Shown here: one piece after another, positions 26,992 through 35,683 of the stretch
How positions within the stretch are numbered: the first letter of the stretch is position 1
Layout of the letters: each line of letters begins with the position of its first letter
Assembly (NCBI GenBank): GCA_963681965.1
Contig: OY820579.1
Coordinates: forward strand, 3,072,001-3,136,000
Length of the DNA: 64,000 nucleotides
Direction: 5' to 3'
DNA from: a bacterium
Lineage (GTDB): Bacteria; Electryoneota; JAOADG01
Made by a program: the position numbers and the translations under genes
Notes under the pieces: model-generated
Told to the model about the DNA's origin: nothing
Database searches by the model: none
The model's input: only the letters and a program-made list of their open reading frames with translations

Positions 26992-29595
26992 ATGCGACTG
27001 TGTGCTGTTCGACGATGGCTGGTAGGGCTGTTCTTTATTAGCCTGATTGGCTCGACCTTCGCAGTCTCGGTACAATCCTCGCGATTGCCGCACCCGTTTC
27101 AGTTTACCGAGAACAAAGGGCAGTGGGATTCAGCGGTCGTATACAAGTGCGAGGTGCGCCGCGACGGCTTCACGTGGTTCCTTGAGCGCGATGGCGTCAC
27201 CCTTGTCACCTCCGTAATCGATTCATCTTCTTTGGTAGGGGCGGTTCGCGAACCGCCCGTGTCCGTTAATGATTCACGATTTGATCCCAATGGTCGTATC
27301 CCACATCCTCGGTTAAAATCTCACGCGCTCAAATTCAAATTCGTGCAACCATCCGGGGACACGGGCGGTTCGCGAACCGCCCCTACCATGAATAAATACG
27401 CCTCCGCGAAATGGATTGATGCACAAGGTGAACTATCCTGGCACAACAATTATTTCTTGGGGAATGATTCTACGAAGTGGGCACCGGATTGCCGCAATTT
27501 CTCTCGCGTGGTGTATCATGACGTGTGGCAAGGAATCGATGTCGAATGGTATGAGAGCAAAGGTCATCTCGAATTCGATTTTGTGGTACATCCCGGTGCC
27601 GATCCCAAGCAAATCAAGCTGGTGTGTGAGGGGTTGGAAGCGCCAATCGCAGGCGGAGGACGGACACTCTTGTCCGTCGACTCAGATATTTCTGTCACAA
27701 AAGGGAGTCGGACAGGAGTGTCCGACCTCCACTTATCGAATGAACTTTCGCTTCCCACCTCCCTCGGTGAATTGCGGATGTCGATTCCGGGCGCATACCA
27801 AACCACCGCGAATGGCACTCATGGAAACACTGTCACGGCACAATTCAGACTCGTTTCAGAAAATCTCTTCGCCATCGCTTTGCCGAACGGGTACGATAAC
27901 TCGCAGACGCTCCGAATCGATCCGCTGGTGTATAGTACGTATTTGGGAGGTGGTGGAAACGATTATGGCGATGGCATCGTCGATGACGGAAGTGGGGGAG
28001 TCATCGTTTGTGGTTGCACAAACAGCTTCGATTTTCCAGTCACTGCCGGAGCCATCGATGTTAGCTACAATGGTGCATCGGTTGGTACTGGCGACTGTTT
28101 CGTCACAAGAGTGGATAGTACTTTTTCACAACTGATTTATAGTACTTTTCTCGGTGGACCGGGTGACGATCGCGCGGAAAGTATTGTCAGTGATTCTTTG
28201 GGTAATTGCACGATCACCGGGTATGCCGATACTCTGTTTCCGACCACTAGTGGTTCATTTGACAGACTATTCAATGGCTCAGAGTGGGATTGTTTTGTAG
28301 CTCGATTAAATAGCTCTGGCTCGAGATTGATATATAGTACTTATCTGGGCGGTTCATCTTGGGATCGAGGTCATTCGATTATCAATGATGATAGTGGTGG
28401 TGTTTTTATCGGTGGAAAATCTTGGAGCGACAATTTTCCGACCACTGAAGGCGCATACAACACGACCAATTCTGGTGGATTTGTCGCTCATTTAAACAAT
28501 ACCGGTTCTGGTCTGATCTATAGCACCTTTCTCGGGCGCGGTCCAGAATTATGGTCGATTACATCAGATGGGTCGGGGGGAATATTCGCAACTGGACATA
28601 CATTAACTGGATTATATACAACCCCCAATGCGTTCGATACGACTTATAATGGCGGTGAAACCGATGCATTTGTACTACGCTTGAATTCGACCGGCTCGCA
28701 GTTGCTGTACAGTACTTATCTCGGTGGTTCCGGCGACCGTGAATGGGCAGTTGGGATTACAGGTGATGGAAACGGTAACTGTTTTGTAACAGGTTCTACT
28801 ACCAGTCCCAATTTTCCAATTACAGTCGGTGGGTTTGATACAGTCTATAACGGAGGCACCACAGTTATCGGTGATTGTTTTATTTCATATCTCAACAGCA
28901 CTGGATCGAATCTTTTATACAGTACTTATCTCGGTGGTTCTGGTGAGGATGCAGGTAGGGGAATCCTGTACTATGCTGATACTAGTGTTACCATTGTGGG
29001 GGGAACAAAGGGTACTGACTTTCCAACTACAATAGGCGCTTATTCAGAACACCTTAACGGTACAGGAAACTGTTTTGTAACTCATCTTAAAGTCAATACA
29101 TCTCGATTAATTTACAGCACGTATTTTGGTGGGACAGGCAGCGATGTCGCTTATGCATGTATGAAACACCATTCTGATGGAATCATTTTTACTGGTATTT
29201 GTGGACCTGGTTTTCCCACGACCCCGGAGGTCGGTGACACGAGTTTCAACGGGGTTACTGATGGCTTCATTGCGCGTTTGACACTTATTCCGGACTCATC
29301 AGCCAGTACACCGGAACGATTCATACAACCATCCGGTTTCGCTTTGGCGCAGAATTACCCGAATCCGTTCAACTCCACCGCCACTCTTTCCTACACAATC
29401 CCAATCACTTCTCATGTCGATCTCCGTCTTTACGACATTACCGGTCGCGAAGTATCGACGCTGGTGCAGCGCGAACAAATTGCCGGAACCTATCGTGTGT
29501 TGCTCGATGGTTCGCGCTTGGCGAGTGGAACCTATTTCGTGCGATTGCAGGCGGGTGCGTTTTCGAAGACCCAGAAGATCGTGCTGTTGAAGTAG
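26992..29595 (+). CDS. SBBP (beta-propeller) repeat protein with a T9SS type-A-like sorting domain
   Basis: Signal peptide; FTENKGQW; IDPLVYSTYLGG and repeated YSTYLGG...D units; QNYPNPFN...ASGTYF...KIVLLK. Confidence 0.92.
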   Translation: MRLCAVRRWLVGLFFISLIGSTFAVSVQSSRLPHPFQFTENKGQWDSAVVYKCEVRRDGFTWFLERDGVTLVTSVIDSSSLVGAVREPPVSVNDSRFDPNGRIPHPRLKSHALKFKFVQPSGDTGGSRTAPTMNKYASAKWIDAQGELSWHNNYFLGNDSTKWAPDCRNFSRVVYHDVWQGIDVEWYESKGHLEFDFVVHPGADPKQIKLVCEGLEAPIAGGGRTLLSVDSDISVTKGSRTGVSDLHLSNELSLPTSLGELRMSIPGAYQTTANGTHGNTVTAQFRLVSENLFAIALPNGYDNSQTLRIDPLVYSTYLGGGGNDYGDGIVDDGSGGVIVCGCTNSFDFPVTAGAIDVSYNGASVGTGDCFVTRVDSTFSQLIYSTFLGGPGDDRAESIVSDSLGNCTITGYADTLFPTTSGSFDRLFNGSEWDCFVARLNSSGSRLIYSTYLGGSSWDRGHSIINDDSGGVFIGGKSWSDNFPTTEGAYNTTNSGGFVAHLNNTGSGLIYSTFLGRGPELWSITSDGSGGIFATGHTLTGLYTTPNAFDTTYNGGETDAFVLRLNSTGSQLLYSTYLGGSGDREWAVGITGDGNGNCFVTGSTTSPNFPITVGGFDTVYNGGTTVIGDCFISYLNSTGSNLLYSTYLGGSGEDAGRGILYYADTSVTIVGGTKGTDFPTTIGAYSEHLNGTGNCFVTHLKVNTSRLIYSTYFGGTGSDVAYACMKHHSDGIIFTGICGPGFPTTPEVGDTSFNGVTDGFIARLTLIPDSSASTPERFIQPSGFALAQNYPNPFNSTATLSYTIPITSHVDLRLYDITGREVSTLVQREQIAGTYRVLLDGSRLASGTYFVRLQAGAFSKTQKIVLLK
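27233..27388. repeat. Intragenic REP doublet (perfect 32-bp inverted repeat)
   Basis: TGGTAGGGGCGGTTCGCGAACCGCCCGTGTCC (27233-27264) and its exact reverse complement (27357-27388). Confidence 0.9.
27653..27732. repeat. Second intragenic REP doublet
   Basis: GCGGAGGACGGACACTCTTGTCCGTC and GTCGGACAGGAGTGTCCGACCTCCAC, a 22/26 inverted match. Confidence 0.8.
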
Positions 29596-29990
29596 GGGCG
29601 ACCCACTGCGGTCGCATACCTTTTTTTCTGTAGGAGCGGATCCCCTCATCCGCCGCAAGCGGCAACGTCGTTGCCGCCGTAGGGGCGTATAACAAAGACA
29701 AAATCAGGATACAAGATACAAGATACCTGAAGATTGCTTCGTCACTTCGCTACGGCTATCCGCCTACGGCGGATGATCCTTCGCTGCATTCCTCGCAACG
29801 ACAAATCAAGATACATGATTCAAAATGTGGGCGACCGCAGTGGGTCGCCCTACTACAAATTAGAAGAAATGGTCAGAACAAGTTCTGACCTACGGAAAAG
29901 AAGAATTACGCCCAATCGGAGTTGGGCAGTACTGCAAGAAAAGATTCAACAACTCTGGCTCGGAGACCTGCACTCCCCAATCGTCTCCGC
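29592..29990. repeat. Mosaic of REP-like palindromes 3' of the SBBP/T9SS gene
   Basis: GTAGGGGCGACCCACTGCGGTCGC (overlaps the TAG stop) with an inverted copy at about 29829-29853; GTAGGAGCGGATCC; GATACAA 7-mers; AGATTGCTTCGTC...CCTCGCAACGACA; GGTCAGAACAAGTTCTGACCTAC; GCCCAATCGGAGTTGGGCAGTAC. Confidence 0.85.
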
Positions 29991-30082
29991 AATTGAATTC
30001 GATTGTCCCGTTATGTACATTGCTTGATACCCGCGCAAATTCGCATTGATCTCTATTGCCAATGAAAATTGTAGGAGTTTCT

Positions 30083-31117
30083 ATGACCGTCGACCTTCGA
30101 TCCGATACCGTAACCCGCCCCTCGAAAGCAATGCTTGCCGCAATGATGGCTGCCGAAGTCGGCGATGATGTCTTTGGCGACGACCCATCAGTGATCAAGT
30201 TGCAAGAGACAGTTGCCGATCTGACTGGTAAAGAAGCAGCGCTTTTCGTACCGTCCGGCACCATGTCCAATCAGATTGCGTTGCATGTGGCGACAACACC
30301 CGGCGACGAAATCTACTGCGACGAAGGGGCACACATCCTCAACTTCGAAGCCGGTGCCGGTCCACTTCTTTCAGGCATCCAACTCTATCCGATCCGAGGT
30401 GATCGCGGAATATTTACTCCGGATCAAATCGAAGAACGGTTACGCCCACCGAACAACGAGCACTTCGCGCCATCAAGATTAGTGGAAGTGGAGAATACCC
30501 ATAACCGCGCTGGCGGTGTCGTCTGGAAAGTAGAACAGATGTCGGTTCTGCAACAATTCTGTAACGAACGCGGTTTGCATCTTCACCTCGACGGTGCCCG
30601 AATCTGGAACGCAGCAGCAGCGACTGGTCTAAACATCCGCGCTTGGACCGATCTCGCCGACTCTGTTTCGGTCTGTTTCTCCAAAGGACTCGGTTGTCCG
30701 GTCGGATCTGCGTTATGCGGCAGCAAGGAATTCATTTCGAAAGCTCGCCGAGCGCGAAAACGCTTCGGAGGCGGCATGCGCCAGTCCGGGTATTTAGCGG
30801 CAGCAGCGCTCTACGCGCTAACCAACAATCGCGAACGACTCACTGAAGATCACCGCCGTGCACAACTCTTAGCACAAGCATTGCAAGCTTTGGGATACCG
30901 AATCGACGCGAAACTCGTTGAAACGAACATCATCATATTCGAATTACCGGACCAGAGCGATGCTACACAACTCGTCAATTTCGGTAAGGAAAACGGAGTT
31001 TGGTTTACATCTTTCATGAAGACGAGAATGCGTGTCGTAACTCATCTTGACCTTGACGATGAAAAAATTACGAAGGCAATTGACGTCTTTGAAAAATTCT
31101 TGAAATTCAATCGATAA
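30083..31117 (+). CDS. ltaE: Low-specificity L-threonine aldolase
   Basis: DLRSDTVTRP, GDDVFGDDP, PSGTMSNQ, ENTHN, HLDGARIWNA, CFSKGLG, GGGMRQ. ATG 30083 has an AGGAG RBS. Confidence 0.95.
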   Translation: MTVDLRSDTVTRPSKAMLAAMMAAEVGDDVFGDDPSVIKLQETVADLTGKEAALFVPSGTMSNQIALHVATTPGDEIYCDEGAHILNFEAGAGPLLSGIQLYPIRGDRGIFTPDQIEERLRPPNNEHFAPSRLVEVENTHNRAGGVVWKVEQMSVLQQFCNERGLHLHLDGARIWNAAAATGLNIRAWTDLADSVSVCFSKGLGCPVGSALCGSKEFISKARRARKRFGGGMRQSGYLAAAALYALTNNRERLTEDHRRAQLLAQALQALGYRIDAKLVETNIIIFELPDQSDATQLVNFGKENGVWFTSFMKTRMRVVTHLDLDDEKITKAIDVFEKFLKFNR

Positions 31118-31218
31118 ATACCGATAACTCACTCAAATTGGTTCGAAATACGCCGCGAATTCCGATCGTAACTCGTGTAATTCGCTTGAATTTCTACGCT
31201 TCTCACAATGATCTCGAT

Positions 31219-31236
31219 TTGTGAAAGAATTTGCAA
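31219..31236. promoter_or_regulatory. Rex-like operator upstream of the hydrogenase operon
   Basis: TTGTGAA-AGAA-TTTGCAA against consensus TTGTGAA-N4-TTCACAA; a weaker second box at 31415-31432. Confidence 0.4.
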
Positions 31237-31462
31237 TGATCCAAGAAATTCTGTATCTTTTCGGCAGTTTGAGGTTAGATCCTACGTTTTTCCCACGAAG
31301 GACACCAGCTCTGTAAAAACCCAACCTCGTTCGAGGCTATATTATCTAGTTGATATTACTAAAATGATTCAATGGTAGGTAGTCATTTTTACGAACGGAT
31401 TTCGGTCGATTATTATGCGGGAATATTCACAAACTATGTTTATCTCTCTGCGGGGGTAGTAC

Positions 31463-32506
31463 ATGCTCTTTCGGATCGTATCGAAAAGTGCTTTCAAGAA
31501 GTTTATCGAGTCGCTCTTGGAATCGACGGAAGTCGTCGCGCCCAAACGAGTTGGATCGCACGCTGACGGAAAGCCAGTAAATCAGTTTCTACCGGTCGAA
31601 AAGTTCGACGAAATCGAATTCAGTCATGAAAAATGCGATTTCTCGGCGAAGACTTATTTTCTTCCGTTCAAAGCGAGACTGTCCACCTTTAAACTCAATG
31701 AGAACGATTGGGAACAAGTGATCCAATATCGGATCTTCCCGCGAGCAATCGTTGGACTTCATCCATGCGATATCAATGCCTTATTGAAGCTGGATAAAGT
31801 CTTTGCCCGCGAGTTTTATCCCAATCCTTATTATATCTCGCGGCGACGCAATACTTTTATTGTCGGTATCGATCACGATCCCTGCGATGACGGTTTCTGC
31901 CACGCTTTGAACGCCAATAACGTCACCCACGGTTTCGATTTGTTCCTAACCGATTTAGGCGATCGTTATTTCGTTAAAATCAATTCCGACCGCGCATTCA
32001 TGGCACTGAACGAAGTACCAAACCATGAAATCACCGAATCCGACACCAACGATTATCTGAAGGTTCGCAAACGGATCACCGAGGCATACAAGACCCGTGT
32101 GAAGATGGAAGATTTGCCGAACCTTCTCGATATCGAATTTGAATCCGATGTCTGGAAAAAGTGGGGCAACAAGTGTCTGAGCTGTGGTACCTGCGCAATG
32201 GTTTGCCCGACTTGCCACTGCTACGGTGTCACCGAGCAAGTTACGATGGATCATAAAGAGGGTCACAAGATTAACTACCTGTACTCTTGCAACCTGCTTG
32301 ACTTTGCAATGGTAGCTGGTGGACACAACTTCCGTCCCGCTAAAGAGACCCGTCTTAAATACCGCTTCTATCACCAGCACCGAGGTTTTGTCGAAACCTA
32401 TGGCGAACCGATGTGCGTCGGTTGTAACCGTTGCGGTCAAGCGTGTCTAGCTGGAATCAATCCGGTAGAGGTTATTCGCGATCTGCAGGAAGAAGGTAAG
32501 CTATGA
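31463..32506 (+). CDS. hydB: Group 3b (sulfhydrogenase-type) hydrogenase beta subunit, 4Fe-4S
   Basis: [43 protein letters not shown]. Confidence 0.9.
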   Translation: MLFRIVSKSAFKKFIESLLESTEVVAPKRVGSHADGKPVNQFLPVEKFDEIEFSHEKCDFSAKTYFLPFKARLSTFKLNENDWEQVIQYRIFPRAIVGLHPCDINALLKLDKVFAREFYPNPYYISRRRNTFIVGIDHDPCDDGFCHALNANNVTHGFDLFLTDLGDRYFVKINSDRAFMALNEVPNHEITESDTNDYLKVRKRITEAYKTRVKMEDLPNLLDIEFESDVWKKWGNKCLSCGTCAMVCPTCHCYGVTEQVTMDHKEGHKINYLYSCNLLDFAMVAGGHNFRPAKETRLKYRFYHQHRGFVETYGEPMCVGCNRCGQACLAGINPVEVIRDLQEEGKL

Positions 32507-33408
32507 ACATTTTCACGACCTACGATGTCACCAAGGAAACTGAAATGGTCTTGCCGTTGGAGTTTAATCGCTCGAACCGGCTGATGCATGTTGATAAGAC
32601 CTTCAAGGCAGAAATAACCAACGTAATTCGTCTCACCGACATGGAGAAACTATTCCACGTCCGCATCATCGATCCCGATGAACGCGAACGCTTTACATTT
32701 CTTCCCGGTCAGTTCGTGATGATGGAAGTCCCAGGCTACGGCGAAGTACCGATTTCGATTTCCGGTTCCCCTTCCAACAAGGGATATTTGGAACTCTGTA
32801 TCCGTCGCGCAGGTGTCGTGACGACGTTGCTCCACAAAGCACGACGCGGCGCCCGAATCGGTATTCGTGGACCGTTCGGCAACTCCTTCCCGATGGAAAA
32901 AATGAAGGGACAGAATGTCCTATTGATCGCCGGTGGTCTGGGATTAGCGCCACTCCGCGCTCCAATTTTCCACGTAACGGAAAATCGCTCCGAATTCAAC
33001 GATGTCCACATTTTATACGGTACCCGAACTGCCGACCAATTGCTGTTCGACTACCAATACGATGAATGGCGCCGGATCGACGATGTGAATCTTCAGATCA
33101 TCGTTGAACAGGGCAATGCCGCCTGGACCGGAAAAGTGGGATTGATCACCAAGCTGCTCGACGAAATGACGATCGATCCACTGAATACCTACGCCATCGT
33201 GTGTGGACCGCCAATTATGTTCAAATTCGTGTGCAACCGCTTACGCAGCATGGGCGTGCCGATGCACCGTATGTTCGTTTCGCTCGAACGCCGAATGCAT
33301 TGCGGTATGGGCAAGTGCTGCCGATGCAATATCGGTTCGACCTTTATTTGTGTTGACGGTCCGGTGTTCGATTATTGGTCCGTTCTGAATCTGAAAGAAG
33401 CGATCTGA
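32503..33408 (+). CDS. hydG: Sulfhydrogenase gamma subunit (FAD/NAD(P)-binding, 2Fe-2S)
   Basis: [50 protein letters not shown]...CVDGPVF. Confidence 0.92.
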   Translation: MNIFTTYDVTKETEMVLPLEFNRSNRLMHVDKTFKAEITNVIRLTDMEKLFHVRIIDPDERERFTFLPGQFVMMEVPGYGEVPISISGSPSNKGYLELCIRRAGVVTTLLHKARRGARIGIRGPFGNSFPMEKMKGQNVLLIAGGLGLAPLRAPIFHVTENRSEFNDVHILYGTRTADQLLFDYQYDEWRRIDDVNLQIIVEQGNAAWTGKVGLITKLLDEMTIDPLNTYAIVCGPPIMFKFVCNRLRSMGVPMHRMFVSLERRMHCGMGKCCRCNIGSTFICVDGPVFDYWSVLNLKEAI

Positions 33409-33420
33409 CGGGGGACCTTA

Positions 33421-34182
33421 ATGAAATATCTTAGTATAGAACCAGCGCGCCCGAAAATTGCGGTTTTCGATTTCACCGATTGCGAAGGGTGCGAACTGCA
33501 ATTGGTAAATAAAGAAGATACTTTGGTCGACTTCCTGAAAGCGATCGAAGTAGTCAACTTCCGCGAAGCCATGACCAGTGATCGCGACGATTACGATATC
33601 GCGTTCATCGAAGGTGCAATCAGCCGCGCCGACGAAATCGAGCGATTGTTGAAGATTCGCAAGAAAGCGAAAGTCTTGATCGCATTCGGAAGTTGCGCTT
33701 GCTTTGGCGGTGTCAACCGATTGAAGAATTTTTACAGTCTGCACGAACTGAATCGCGAAGTCTATGGCGACAAACCGAAAGATACGATGCCTGTCCGTGC
33801 TGTCAAGGATATCGTGCAAGTCGATTTCGAAATTCCCGGTTGCCCGGTAAATAAAATTGAAATCGAACGCATCGTTCAACACCTGATCTGGGAAGTACCC
33901 TATCAGTTCCCGGTATATCCCGTCTGTTTCGAATGTCGTCAGCGGTTTTCGATTTGTCGGTGGGAACTTGGCGAAATGTGCCTCGGACCGATCTCTGCTG
34001 CAGGTTGCAATGCTCCCTGTCCGACTGGTGGGATGGGTTGCTGGGGTTGCCGTGGTGTCGCAGCGGCACCAAACTTTGAAGAATTCTTCGAAATCGCAGC
34101 CAAGCGCGGATATACTCACGACGAAGTAATCGAGCGGATGAATTTTTACGGTGGGTTCAAGGAAGTTACGGGGGATAAATAA
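33421..34182 (+). CDS. hydD: [NiFe]-hydrogenase small (delta) subunit
   Basis: CEGC, EGAI, GSCACFGG, PGCP, VCFEC, CLGP...GCNAPCP...CWGCRG. Confidence 0.92.
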   Translation: MKYLSIEPARPKIAVFDFTDCEGCELQLVNKEDTLVDFLKAIEVVNFREAMTSDRDDYDIAFIEGAISRADEIERLLKIRKKAKVLIAFGSCACFGGVNRLKNFYSLHELNREVYGDKPKDTMPVRAVKDIVQVDFEIPGCPVNKIEIERIVQHLIWEVPYQFPVYPVCFECRQRFSICRWELGEMCLGPISAAGCNAPCPTGGMGCWGCRGVAAAPNFEEFFEIAAKRGYTHDEVIERMNFYGGFKEVTGDK

Positions 34183-35459
34183 TGAAACTCGACCTCAATG
34201 TTGACGTTCACCACCTAACTCGCGTCGAAGGTCACGGTAACATCCGGATCCGCGTCGAAAGTGGAGAATTGAAAGAAGCCGCTTGGGAAGTGATCGAGAC
34301 TCCGCGTTACTTCGAAGTGATGCTCAAAGGCAAGAAGTACGATGCCGCGCATATTCTTACCTCGCGAATTTGCGGTATCTGCTCGATCGGTCACACTTTG
34401 GCAAGCCTCCGCGCAACCGAAAATGCCTTTGGGATTGAAATTCCCGAAGCTGCCCGAAAATTGCGTTGGTTAGCCAAACACGGCGAAACGCTCCAGAGTC
34501 ATTATTTACATCTGTTCTTTTTGGCTGCTCCGGATTTTCTCGGATTGCCAAGTGCAATACCGTTGATCGATTCCAAACCCGAAGTCGTGGCGATTGCCGC
34601 TCGATTGAAGGGCATGGCGAACAATATGTGCGATCTGATTGCCGGAAGAACCACTCATCCGGTATCGATCCACGTCGGTGGCATGACGAAAGCACCTACG
34701 AAGCGCGATTTGTTGGCGCTACGTGATGCTCTTGCGCGTTCCGTGGAAGATGTCCTCCCCACAATCGATTTGTTCAAGACGCTCGAGATCCCCGATTTCG
34801 CTCGCGAAACCGAATTCGTCGCGTTGAAGGGTGTGAAAGAATACCCATTCATCGGTGGCGATTTGGTTTCGACCGATGGTATCGTCAAACCGGAAAAAGA
34901 CTATTTGGCTATGACCAACGAATTTGTCGTCGACCACAGCACTTCCAAGTGGTGCAAGTTGTCGCGCAATTCGTTCGCAGTCGGTGCGCTGGCACGTGTC
35001 AACAACAACTACAAGTTGCTGCACAAAGAAGCGCGCAAGGTTGCCGAGGCATTCGGTTTGAAACCGGTGAATCACAATCCGTACATGAACAATATCGCGC
35101 AGTTGGTGGAAGCGGTACATTGCACCTACGAATCGATTCGCATTATCGAGGAGTTGGTCGCAATGCCGGAACCGTGGGAATTACGTGCCCCGGTAACACC
35201 AAAGGCAGGTTATGGCGTCGGTGCGGTCGAAGTTCCTCGCGGCATCTTGTATCATGCTTACGAGTACGGCGACAACGGTCGAATCGTCAAAGCCGATTGT
35301 ATCATTCCAACGACCCAAAATCATGCGAATATCTACGACGACATGTATGCATTGGTCAAGAAATTCGCTGTCAAGGGAATGAACGATACGAAGATGGAAC
35401 TGCTTTGCTCGATGCTTGTGCGCGCATACGACCCCTGCATTTCCTGTTCGGTACACTAA
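34182..35459 (+). CDS. hydA: [NiFe]-hydrogenase large (alpha) subunit, group 3b-like
   Basis: TRVEGHG, L1 motif RICGIC, EVPRG, L2 motif DPCISCSVH followed by the stop. Confidence 0.95.
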   Translation: MKLDLNVDVHHLTRVEGHGNIRIRVESGELKEAAWEVIETPRYFEVMLKGKKYDAAHILTSRICGICSIGHTLASLRATENAFGIEIPEAARKLRWLAKHGETLQSHYLHLFFLAAPDFLGLPSAIPLIDSKPEVVAIAARLKGMANNMCDLIAGRTTHPVSIHVGGMTKAPTKRDLLALRDALARSVEDVLPTIDLFKTLEIPDFARETEFVALKGVKEYPFIGGDLVSTDGIVKPEKDYLAMTNEFVVDHSTSKWCKLSRNSFAVGALARVNNNYKLLHKEARKVAEAFGLKPVNHNPYMNNIAQLVEAVHCTYESIRIIEELVAMPEPWELRAPVTPKAGYGVGAVEVPRGILYHAYEYGDNGRIVKADCIIPTTQNHANIYDDMYALVKKFAVKGMNDTKMELLCSMLVRAYDPCISCSVH

Positions 35460-35477
35460 GCGGTGCATTCATTTTGA

Positions 35478-35513
35478 TAAAATCGGGGCGTCGGAAACGG
35501 CGCCCTGTTTTTT
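35478..35513 (+). terminator. Intrinsic terminator after the hydrogenase structural genes
   Basis: GGGCGTC-GGAAAC-GGCGCCC stem followed by TGTTTTTT. Confidence 0.7.
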
Positions 35514-35514
35514 C

Positions 35515-35595
35515 ATCGGAGGTTAGACTTTCGTCTGACTTCATTTGAATCTTTTTCAGAATCAGTATTTGTCATGCTAAAGCACAACCTCCGAT
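35515..35595. repeat. Degenerate REP doublet
   Basis: ATCGGAGGTT(AGACTTTCGTCTGAC)...(GTCATGCTAAAGCAC)AACCTCCGAT. Confidence 0.5.
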
Positions 35596-35683
35596 ATGAA
35601 TGCCTCGACATCTGCTTCCGATTGTTGTAACTTCTTAGTAAGCAGATTCAATTCTAATACTGAATAAATATTAGTAAACGCTG

